A stretch of DNA of 64,000 nt, from IMG/VR virus record IMGVR_UViG_3300010297_000002, positions 1-64,000 of that record. The stretch is one strand, 5' to 3'. Source of the stretch: a virus. This document shows positions 56,320 through 64,000 of the stretch, piece by piece (position 1 is the first letter of the stretch; each line of letters begins with the position of its first letter). A program made the position numbers and the translations under genes. The notes beneath the pieces are model-generated. The model saw only the letters and a list, made by a program, of their open reading frames with translations. It had not been told where the DNA came from and did not search any database.

Positions 56320-57352
56320 GTTGACCCCTCTTTTTGAGCTTTTAGAGGCCCAGGCTATCCCAAGTAGGTTGATTATAGCGTTCGGAGACCCTAAGAAAGG
56401 AAGCTCAGTTCGCCATCTATTCCGTCAAATTCTTCGGAAGAGATTGGTGGAACAGAGTCACGGTGCAGATCCGGAAGAGTCTTGGGTTTTTGAGAATAAT
56501 CAATCGAAGCTTAACGCTGGAGATTTTCTCGACAATTGCACAGCATCAGGGCTCATTCCAATTCCTAAGTTTTATTACTACGACGACATTGCGAAGATCA
56601 AAGGTCTGAAGTCGTTGAAGTTCTCCAAGGACCTTAAGAATATTCTGATCAGGAATCACACGATTTTGGACTACCATAAATCAAATCTGACTAAGGATTT
56701 AGAGAAGTGTGCTTCCCTACCCTCGGCCCCCATCTATGTGTCTATGGAACCTCCAAAGCCTTTGACCCCCGAGCACCGGGTTTTGATTTCTCATGCGGTC
56801 AAGCATAGTTGTGGTAAAGAATCCTCTAGAGATCTTTTGGAATTCCTTTCTCGTCGCTATGAATTCGATTTCCCGAAGTTGATGCAAGATCTCTTTTTCT
56901 TGAGTCTGGCAGTAGATGATTTCGATTCACAGGAGCTGACTACCCAGACTTTTGAAATGAACATAATTCACCAGAGAGTCTATGATGCGGGTCTTTTTAT
57001 AGACCTGTTCGTTTCAAAACAGGTTCATCACTGCCTCTCTATTGTAGATTTTCTTTACCACAAAGAAGATCCAACTTACCTTTTGATTACGTACCTGCAG
57101 AACTTCTTAGATAGGATGACTTTTATTCTTAGGCACCCGAATATGAGTAACTTCGATTTGGCCAGAAACGTGAGGTCCAGTTTCAGGGATATTGATATGT
57201 GTAAGAAGTATGCTCAGATGTGGAACGAGGAGAGCCTGCGTGAGGTATTCATAGGACTCTATCAGCTTGAAGAGGCGTATGCTTCAAAGTTCTTTCCTAA
57301 GTCTCTCGGCAAGACAATGCTAGACCAGCTTATAATGAAATCCCTGGTCTAG
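56309..57352 (+). CDS. DNA polymerase III delta (HolA)-like subunit, divergent
   Basis: Size, adjacency to the holB-like gene, and pattern IIAFGD...FLDNCTASGL...W.EESL..V..GLYQLE resembling HolA. Confidence 0.5.
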   Translation: MSVKLTPLFELLEAQAIPSRLIIAFGDPKKGSSVRHLFRQILRKRLVEQSHGADPEESWVFENNQSKLNAGDFLDNCTASGLIPIPKFYYYDDIAKIKGLKSLKFSKDLKNILIRNHTILDYHKSNLTKDLEKCASLPSAPIYVSMEPPKPLTPEHRVLISHAVKHSCGKESSRDLLEFLSRRYEFDFPKLMQDLFFLSLAVDDFDSQELTTQTFEMNIIHQRVYDAGLFIDLFVSKQVHHCLSIVDFLYHKEDPTYLLITYLQNFLDRMTFILRHPNMSNFDLARNVRSSFRDIDMCKKYAQMWNEESLREVFIGLYQLEEAYASKFFPKSLGKTMLDQLIMKSLV

Positions 57353-57413
57353 TTTTAGTTGTTTAATTTTTTCCAGCTAATATAGGGCATGTATTTTGTG
57401 CAAAAGGATTGAA

Positions 57414-58358
57414 ATGGCAGATCTATTTAAAAATCTGGGATATTTGAATAAAAGATTGAGTTCGACTGCTGGGCCTGAGACTAAGGCTCCTGAGGTTAAA
57501 GAGGTTCAAGCGAATAAAGAAGTAACTGCTTCTGAGGAAACGACCGTTTTGAGTGTAGATGAGTACAACAGGGTAGTTGAGGTTCTCGATAGCATTATTC
57601 CAGTAGAGTATGAGTCTGGCCGTGAATTGGCCGAACATATCGCTCGTAGTCTTCGATACGCTTCCTACGACAGCGTAGGTAAGGTTCCTCGTCCTTCTGA
57701 AGAGTTTGTTGCAGAGGTAATTCAGTCTTTTTTGAAGAAGCAAGGGTATAAGATTGAAGCTAAGAACACTCTTCGATTTGTGGCCAGTTCTAAAGATTTC
57801 AAGATGAGTTTCGAGCCTCGTGATATGACATTGGCTAAGTCTGTTTACGAGCAGACTCTTAGATTTCGAAAGGCTGCTGCGATCCTTCCGGATCTTAAGT
57901 TCGTGGAAGGTCTAGCCAAGAAAGCTTTCAGCACTCTTTTGAAGGTTAAGCCTAAAGACCCTTCAAAGTGTTTGGCTGGTATTATCCACACTATGTTCTT
58001 TGACTACGCTATGGACAAGAACATTTACCTTACTTCCAGTTTTTATCACGAACTTCGAAACAAGTATATGCCAGCGATTAAAGCCAATTTTGGAGTTGAT
58101 GAGATTAAGTATTACGCAGCCAATGCTCATGATAAAGCTCTCGTAGCCAAGATTGAAGAGGCCATTGCTAATCCTAAGAGCCACCTTGCTTTATATAAGG
58201 AAGCAAAGTCTATTTATCCAGAGCTTTCTGAGAGACCTCTCTGTGAACGAATTCTTTACTTATCAGAGTTACTGGGATATGAAGATCCTAAGGTCAAGCG
58301 ATTGGCCGCTTCTTTGAGTAAGGAAACTAAATTGGAGTTTAAGTTTGCCGCCTATTAA
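57414..58358 (+). CDS. Hypothetical protein, possible internal head protein
   Basis: ATG 57414 after AAGGA. Repeated VxA[SN]-type motifs. Confidence 0.45.
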   Translation: MADLFKNLGYLNKRLSSTAGPETKAPEVKEVQANKEVTASEETTVLSVDEYNRVVEVLDSIIPVEYESGRELAEHIARSLRYASYDSVGKVPRPSEEFVAEVIQSFLKKQGYKIEAKNTLRFVASSKDFKMSFEPRDMTLAKSVYEQTLRFRKAAAILPDLKFVEGLAKKAFSTLLKVKPKDPSKCLAGIIHTMFFDYAMDKNIYLTSSFYHELRNKYMPAIKANFGVDEIKYYAANAHDKALVAKIEEAIANPKSHLALYKEAKSIYPELSERPLCERILYLSELLGYEDPKVKRLAASLSKETKLEFKFAAY

Positions 58359-58821
58359 AGAATTCTACCAAGAACTTCTTAAAAGAACCCTGGGGATTTC
58401 AGATGTCGAGTCTGTGCCTCGATTGAAGCTTGGTAAAGTAGAAAATAAATTTTATGCGGGCTATGATCAAGTCACGATTCATAAATTTTTTGAATGCTCG
58501 AATAAGGAATTCCGCCTGGAATTCTTTTTTCTTGAGAGGAATGACTTGTATAGTCTTTGTAAGTACATAATTTGGAAGGGTGATAAGATTCACAACACTA
58601 AGGTTTTCCCTTATGTGTACAAAGATCTCGAAGCTTTTTGTAGATCTTTTGCAGTTGAGACTCCCCTCCCGGTTTTAGACCTGATTCGTTCGATGGTAGA
58701 GGTTGCTGAGGAGCCTAAGAAGGCTTCGGCGAAGAAATCTTCGAAGTCGAAGAAGAAGGATGACAAAAAAGAGTTAGAAGAGGCTGAGGAGCCATCTAAG
58801 GAGCTAGCAGAAAATGAATGA
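58345..58821 (+). CDS. Hypothetical protein
   Basis: 158 aa with a charged C-terminal tail. Confidence 0.45.
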   Translation: MPPIKEFYQELLKRTLGISDVESVPRLKLGKVENKFYAGYDQVTIHKFFECSNKEFRLEFFFLERNDLYSLCKYIIWKGDKIHNTKVFPYVYKDLEAFCRSFAVETPLPVLDLIRSMVEVAEEPKKASAKKSSKSKKKDDKKELEEAEEPSKELAENE

Positions 58822-59224
58822 AGTATTTTTCCAGCGTAAGGATCGCTTTGTAAAATATCCACAAACACCCGCAGCGGTTAACTACGTGGCTTCCACCTGG
58901 GTTTCAGCTTTCAATACTGGAGCTCTCGAGTTCGGTGGGGAACTGAGTTCTTTTCAGATTTCCTTTACTGAAGGAGCGACCACAACCCCAACGGCTCCGG
59001 TCCACCGTCTACTTCACATTCCTAAGGGAGAGACTACGGGAGCGGTGTTCTACCCAGACATTGATGGTCAGGAAGAAACCAAGTCCGGTGAGTGTATTGT
59101 TAACTATCCTAGTTTGAAAGTCCAGCCTGGGGATCAGGTAATCGTTCAGGTTAACTGTAACGCTGATGCTACCGGAACTGCTCAAGCTACGGTAGATTTC
59201 GTAGAGTTCAAAGAGAAGAGGTAA
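58814..59224 (+). CDS. Putative small virion protein (beta-sandwich)
   Basis: AAGGAG RBS. Beta-rich, LKVQPGDQVIVQV ending. Confidence 0.4.
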   Translation: MNEVFFQRKDRFVKYPQTPAAVNYVASTWVSAFNTGALEFGGELSSFQISFTEGATTTPTAPVHRLLHIPKGETTGAVFYPDIDGQEETKSGECIVNYPSLKVQPGDQVIVQVNCNADATGTAQATVDFVEFKEKR

Positions 59225-59228
59225 TCTA

Positions 59229-59633
59229 ATGGCTAGACTGGTTACAAGAAAAGATTTAGATAATTTGGTTACAGGAGTAGCCGGTCCAGTTACTGCCCAG
59301 TCAGCGGTAACTAAAGGTCAGGTTCTTCGATTAGACACAGCGGGTGAAGCTAGACCTGCCAATAACTTGGTATCCGATTCCATTGGTAGAATCTTAGGTC
59401 TGGCTACTAAAGACGCTGGTGCTGGATTCCCCGTTGAGTATCAGTACATTGGTCCTTTTCAAATGCCTGTTGACCAAGGATGGGCTTACGGCCAGGATTT
59501 GTATTGGGACGCTTCCGGAAATCTTACCGCGACTCCACCTACTCCAGTTTTAGGGGAATTCATTCAGATTGCTGGGTTTGCTTTGAGCTCGGATACTATT
59601 TTCCTTGTTCAGGTTCCTGGTTACCCTTTCTAA
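59229..59633 (+). CDS. Capsid cement / head-fibre-like protein (DUF2190-like)
   Basis: AVTKGQV...LGLAT...G....GQDLYWDASGNLTATPP...IAGFALS pattern. Confidence 0.5.
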   Translation: MARLVTRKDLDNLVTGVAGPVTAQSAVTKGQVLRLDTAGEARPANNLVSDSIGRILGLATKDAGAGFPVEYQYIGPFQMPVDQGWAYGQDLYWDASGNLTATPPTPVLGEFIQIAGFALSSDTIFLVQVPGYPF

Positions 59634-59654
59634 TCAATTAGATTTAAAAGATTT

Positions 59655-59690
59655 AGAGGTTCGTTCAAAAAAAATGAACGAACCTCTTTT
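59655..59690 (+). terminator. Intrinsic terminator (13-bp perfect inverted repeat)
   Basis: AGAGGTTCGTTCA-A7-TGAACGAACCTCT followed by a T-rich tract. Confidence 0.75.
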
Positions 59691-59720
59691 ATTTGTATTG
59701 AGGTCATCATAGTATGACTC

Positions 59721-61946
59721 ATGGCAAATTATTTTTACTTCAAAACCGGGGATATAGTTTACAACAATGTGAACTATTACATTCTCAATGGTCGGGACGC
59801 TATTACGGGAGAACCTTGCGTTCTTAAGGGTCGGTTTCACGATGTTCAGTTAGGAGACACCTTCTGGGTATCCGCCTCTCAAGAGAAGCCGTCAACTTTC
59901 TCCAAGACTAAAGGTAAGACTGTATTCTCCGCCAAGGATTATCACCCGCTGTTCCCGTCGGATTTATCTGCCGAGCCCAGGCTTGTAGGCGACTTCTGTG
60001 AGCAATACATAGAGTCTGAGGCTCTTAAGCCTGCTTTTAAGGCCGTGGTTAAAGCTCAGGGAACAGATTTCATTAACGATGCTTCTATGCTTCGAAATCT
60101 AGGGTTTACTCCTCCTAAGAGCGTTTCGAAGAAGAAGTTAGATTCCCTGATCTCGGTTATGGTGGGAAAGTATGTGCCCTCCTTAGCCTATTCCCTTCTG
60201 TTTAAGTTCAGAATCTCTCGGAAGAGGATTATGTTGATTCTGGATAGGTTTGAAGAGAGGGCCTTGAAAGAGATTTATGAGAAGCCTTATCTTTTGACTA
60301 TTCTCGGAGGGGTTTCAATTACTAAAACCGAGGAGTTCATCTCCACTAACAATCTTCCAGAAGATCGTGAGATGAAGATAGATGCTGAGGTTATTCATAT
60401 CGCTGATAATCTTACTCGTAAAGATGGTCATATGTACGCTTCGTTATCTGAAGCTTTGATGTACCTCAGTACGCAGTATGGAGAAGATCGTAAAAGTTCC
60501 ATGACGAGGATGCAGCGATTAGAGAATGAGAAACTTCTGTACTACGATCCGAAGAGGGAGATCTACTCTTCTTACTACAATTATGTTATTGAGGAAGAGA
60601 TCTTCAAGTACATCTCTTATAAGTTGAAGAATCCTAAGGAGTTTCCTGAGCTGGAAGATGAAGAGTTTTTCAGGAAAGATTTCAAGAGGAACAAGATATT
60701 CGAGCTTACTGACAATCAGTTCTCGGTAATTGAAGCTCTGAGGAAGAATGATCTTCTAGTCATTTCTGGCCGAGCAGGCTCAGGAAAGTCTACAGTAGTA
60801 TCAGCCCTGGTGGAGTATCTTAAGGAAGTTAGGAAGTCTTTTGTTCTTCTTTCGACAACTGGAAGAGCGGCTAAGGTTTTGAAATCAAAGACTTCCCACG
60901 AGGTTAAGACTATTCATTCTCATTTGAAGTTCGACGGGTTGAACTTTGGAATGGGCAAGAAGCACAAGTTAACCGAAGATGTGATTATCATGGATGAGGC
61001 TAGTATGTGTGATTCTTCCCTGGCACATGCTTTGATCTGTGCTATGAAGGCCGGAGCTAAGTTGGTTCTGGTGGGAGATACTCAACAACTACCTCCAGTA
61101 GGCCCAGGAGGCCTTCTCAATATTTTGAACTCCCATAAGGACGTTCCTCGTTTAGAGCTGACCAGAGTCTTTCGTCAAGGGTCCAACTCAGACATTCTTT
61201 CACAGTCTGAAGGTGTGATTGTGGGGACCGGGTTCGATGAGGTTCCAGGGTCGAGTAATTTTAAAGTTTTGAAGAATCTGAGTAATGATCAGGTTCAGGG
61301 AGTCGCTCTTCAATTCGTAATAGACTGTACGAAGGCGAATAAGTCTTTTGTGGTGCTTTCTCCTAGTCGTAAAGGTCCTAAGGGTGTGGTCAACTTAAAT
61401 AACCACATTCAACGTTGTATTAATCCGAGAGCCCAAGACACCAATGCGGTTTGTTTTCGAAATGGGAACTACACCTTCTTTGAGGGAGACCGTGTGATGT
61501 TCACAAGGAATAACTGGGTGAGTAAACCACCCGTCTGTAATGGGGATATTGGGAAGATCGATAGGATCTCAGCGGATAAGGTCTTTATACTGATGGATGG
61601 GGACACCGTGAAGTACTCCTGGGCTGAGGCAGAAGCTTCCCTGGAGTTGGCGTATGCTATGACGGTCCATAAATCACAGGGATCAGAGTACGATTGCGTT
61701 TTGTTCGTGGTTGATGAGATCATGGAGCGAATGCTGACCCGGAATTTAATTTATACTGGGTTCACTCGAGCTAAAGCCAAATTGGTAGTCTCAACCAGTA
61801 CAGACTTCATGAACAAAAGCAGCAATTTAATTTCGGAAAATGACAATAGAAGTAAAAATAGTTGGTTGGATGTCTTTCTTTCAGATTTCGATCTTAGTAA
61901 AGTTAAATCCAGCGGAAAATTTAAAAAGATTAAGAAGTTCTTTTAG
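59721..61946 (+). CDS. recD2: RecD2-like SF1B helicase
   Basis: GRAGSGKS, MDEASM, LVGDTQQLPPVGPG, LTRVFRQ, AYAMTVHKSQGSEY, YTGFTRAK. N-terminal OB/HhH region. Confidence 0.9.
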   Translation: MANYFYFKTGDIVYNNVNYYILNGRDAITGEPCVLKGRFHDVQLGDTFWVSASQEKPSTFSKTKGKTVFSAKDYHPLFPSDLSAEPRLVGDFCEQYIESEALKPAFKAVVKAQGTDFINDASMLRNLGFTPPKSVSKKKLDSLISVMVGKYVPSLAYSLLFKFRISRKRIMLILDRFEERALKEIYEKPYLLTILGGVSITKTEEFISTNNLPEDREMKIDAEVIHIADNLTRKDGHMYASLSEALMYLSTQYGEDRKSSMTRMQRLENEKLLYYDPKREIYSSYYNYVIEEEIFKYISYKLKNPKEFPELEDEEFFRKDFKRNKIFELTDNQFSVIEALRKNDLLVISGRAGSGKSTVVSALVEYLKEVRKSFVLLSTTGRAAKVLKSKTSHEVKTIHSHLKFDGLNFGMGKKHKLTEDVIIMDEASMCDSSLAHALICAMKAGAKLVLVGDTQQLPPVGPGGLLNILNSHKDVPRLELTRVFRQGSNSDILSQSEGVIVGTGFDEVPGSSNFKVLKNLSNDQVQGVALQFVIDCTKANKSFVVLSPSRKGPKGVVNLNNHIQRCINPRAQDTNAVCFRNGNYTFFEGDRVMFTRNNWVSKPPVCNGDIGKIDRISADKVFILMDGDTVKYSWAEAEASLELAYAMTVHKSQGSEYDCVLFVVDEIMERMLTRNLIYTGFTRAKAKLVVSTSTDFMNKSSNLISENDNRSKNSWLDVFLSDFDLSKVKSSGKFKKIKKFF

Positions 61947-61954
61947 GAGAGATT

Positions 61955-62311
61955 ATGGCCGCAAAGAAAGAAGAAACCAAGACAAAAAAGACCAAGACTA
62001 AAAAAGAGGAAACGCCGGTGTTCGATCCCTCCAAGATCGATGAGTTGTGTCAAACAAAGTCGATTGCGATTTCGACCAAGCTACGCTTCGGATTTAACGA
62101 GGAGCTCTTTTTATCAGAGACTGTGGAGCTGGTCGCGGACTTGCCCGAGCTAGAGATGAGGAAGCTTAAGGCTTATAAGTTTAATCAACTTCAGATGGAT
62201 ATTCTGAAGTCGGCTCATATCTCAGGCCTACTCACAGTTGAAGACTACCAGAACAGAAGAACGAAGTTGGAGCAGGTGGCTCAGCTTTTCAACACGGATA
62301 AGAAAGAATAA
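61955..62311 (+). CDS. Hypothetical protein
   Basis: AGGAG RBS, 118 aa. Confidence 0.5.
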   Translation: MAAKKEETKTKKTKTKKEETPVFDPSKIDELCQTKSIAISTKLRFGFNEELFLSETVELVADLPELEMRKLKAYKFNQLQMDILKSAHISGLLTVEDYQNRRTKLEQVAQLFNTDKKE

Positions 62312-63072
62312 TGAATATCCCCATCAAAGATCAAATAGATGCCCTTAAGGACCTTGATGTCCTTAACATGGACCCTGAGGACATCGAGAAGGCCCTGGAG
62401 TTCCTAGACCCCGTCTACATAACTCTGAAGCATTTGTTAAGCAGGTTTAACCTCGCTGCGGTCTCCAGCCTTCTTTCAGATATGGAATCTCTGGTGGAGC
62501 AGTTGGAGGATATTCGGGAGTGGCAGTCAGTGCTTGAGCACTATGACGATAAGATCGCTTTCATCAATGCTCACTTGAATAATCTTAAAATTAAACTCGA
62601 TGATGAGATCGAGAATAAGAAGTTAGAAACAATGTTTGAGATCAGTGACGCTACTTCTGGAATGAAGCAGGCGGATCTTAGAAAGTTTGCATTATATCGG
62701 TGTAAAGATTTGGTAGCCAGGATGCGTGAAGTCGAGAAGCAGCTTATGGTTTGGGATTCCATGAAGCAGCAGTTTCGAAAGAAGGCGACTGACTTAAAAA
62801 ATCATGTAACCACGATTAAATCTTTAATCCACTCGCATGAACTGAGACCGGAGATTTTCTACAATCGAAAGGCCAGGGAAACGCAGAGTAAAGAAGCAGC
62901 TTCCCAGGGTATAGATCGAGTGGTAGGAAAATACTTGATTGATAACTCAGGTGATGTTACAAATAAAGAAATTAAATCGGAAAAGGAGGGAGTCCAACCC
63001 ACAGAAGATAATGATAATCAAAAAACGGCTTTAGACGTTTTCGACCAGTTTGAAAAAAATCCCAAAAGTTAA
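62311..63072 (+). CDS. Coiled-coil protein (possibly a UvsY-like recombination mediator)
   Basis: All-helical. Lies between the RecD2 and SSB-like genes. Function is inferred from context only. Confidence 0.35.
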   Translation: MNIPIKDQIDALKDLDVLNMDPEDIEKALEFLDPVYITLKHLLSRFNLAAVSSLLSDMESLVEQLEDIREWQSVLEHYDDKIAFINAHLNNLKIKLDDEIENKKLETMFEISDATSGMKQADLRKFALYRCKDLVARMREVEKQLMVWDSMKQQFRKKATDLKNHVTTIKSLIHSHELRPEIFYNRKARETQSKEAASQGIDRVVGKYLIDNSGDVTNKEIKSEKEGVQPTEDNDNQKTALDVFDQFEKNPKS

Positions 63073-63111
63073 TCGGCGAAATGCCAAAAGAGACAAATTA
63101 GGAGACTTGAG

Positions 63112-64000
63112 ATGAATGTTGATTTCGAAACCGTTCCATTAACTATGGACTCTACTAGTAAGAGGCTACCTACTTATAAGTTTAAGCAAGGTGAGCCCTC
63201 AAGAATTTATGTTTTCCCTGCGTTTTCAACCAGGGTTGTTCGAACACACTACCTGAAGGGTATGGGCGTGTTCAGGTGCTTATCACAAGATAGTGCCGCC
63301 GTTTGTTGCCAACACTTAGCAACAGACCAGGGTGCTTCCCAGAAGCGGAAGTTCGCTCTAATCTATCTTCGCTATTTCACGGATTCCTCCGGAAATCCCG
63401 TTACAGGTCAAGCTATTGATGAGAAGAACGTGTACTTCTGGTTGGCCCCACCCACAAAGCGTAATGATCTCGTTATGGAGGCTCAACGTTTTGGAGATAT
63501 CGGAGCCCAGGATTTCCTTATCCAACCAATGGACCCAAACAACAGAACCGTTAAGATTCAATCTTTCGGTGCTAACTCTGCGATTGTAGCCGATCCGGCT
63601 TATGCTGATGCTTTCCAGAAGGCATATCAGCGGGCTGAGGAAATGTACAATCAGATGGGTGAGAGAGCAGTTATTAATTACACAGAAGTTGACATCATGC
63701 AAAGATTTCAGAAGCTGGGTATCCTGCAGGGCGGTGTTCCTGCTAGTAACACTTTCGAACCTCAAGCTGCGGCTCAGCCAGCACAACAGGCGGCTGGATT
63801 TCCAGCTCCCGCAGCCCCCGCGTATCAGCAGCAGGCTATGCCTCAGGCACCAGCAGCTCCGGTTCAGCCAGTTCAGCAGGCCGCTCCAGCCCCACAGGTT
63901 GCAGCACCCCAGCCCGCCGCTCCGGCTCCAACTCCAGCAGCTCCGGCTCCAATGCCAGCAGCTACTCAAGCGGCAGCTCCCGCTCCAGAACCTCCACAGC
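63112..64000 (+). CDS. gp32-like single-stranded DNA-binding protein with Pro/Ala/Gln tail, 3'-truncated (missing from the ORF track)
   Basis: AGGAG RBS. Reads MNVDFETVPL...YKFKQGEPSRIYVF...THYLKGMGVFRCLSQDSAAVCCQHL (H/C/CC Zn site). Open to the window end. Confidence 0.6.
   Translation, partial: MNVDFETVPLTMDSTSKRLPTYKFKQGEPSRIYVFPAFSTRVVRTHYLKGMGVFRCLSQDSAAVCCQHLATDQGASQKRKFALIYLRYFTDSSGNPVTGQAIDEKNVYFWLAPPTKRNDLVMEAQRFGDIGAQDFLIQPMDPNNRTVKIQSFGANSAIVADPAYADAFQKAYQRAEEMYNQMGERAVINYTEVDIMQRFQKLGILQGGVPASNTFEPQAAAQPAQQAAGFPAPAAPAYQQQAMPQAPAAPVQPVQQAAPAPQVAAPQPAAPAPTPAAPAPMPAATQAAAPAPEPPQ

Noticed and set aside
2557-62762. Numerous short ORFs nested in or antisense to long genes
   Set aside because: They overlap well-supported genes in other frames and show no recognisable motifs.
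63358-63969. 203-aa Cys/Trp-rich minus-strand ORF
   Set aside because: Antisense shadow of the Pro/Ala/Gln-rich plus-strand SSB gene, which has a good RBS.
1-64000. Stop-codon reassignment, CRISPR array, diversity-generating retroelement
   Set aside because: Genes tile densely under code 11 using TAA, TAG and TGA stops. No repeat-spacer array, reverse transcriptase or template/variable repeat pair was seen by eye.

Overview
This window is a gene-dense, almost entirely plus-strand fragment of a large (probably jumbo) contractile-tailed phage genome that uses the standard genetic code. In order it contains: (1) a baseplate/tail-fibre module (1-23085); (2) a replication module with SNF2 helicase, degenerate helicase loader, DnaB, a stand-alone primase Zn finger and a family A DNA polymerase carrying extra domains (23082-31996); (3) a 3.2-kaa charged orphan protein and hypotheticals; (4) a MoxR AAA+/vWA pair; (5) a tRNA operon; (6) virion fibre and putative lysis genes; (7) HolB/HolA-like clamp-loader subunits, RecD2 and a truncated gp32-like SSB. 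The standout signal is at 47358-47971. A sigma70-type promoter drives an unannotated 26-codon leader ORF (MTYKFLVNSDSSSSSDSDPRGGFPVR) whose 10-codon core contains only Ser and Asp codons. The ORF sits within mutually exclusive 1:2 / 2:3 / 3:4 hairpins ending in an intrinsic terminator, directly upstream of tRNA-Asp(GTC) and four tRNA-Ser genes (GGA, GCT, CGA, TGA). This looks like a ribosome-mediated attenuator that turns on phage tRNA genes when exactly those tRNAs become limiting. All protein calls come from motif recognition by eye; no database searches were run.
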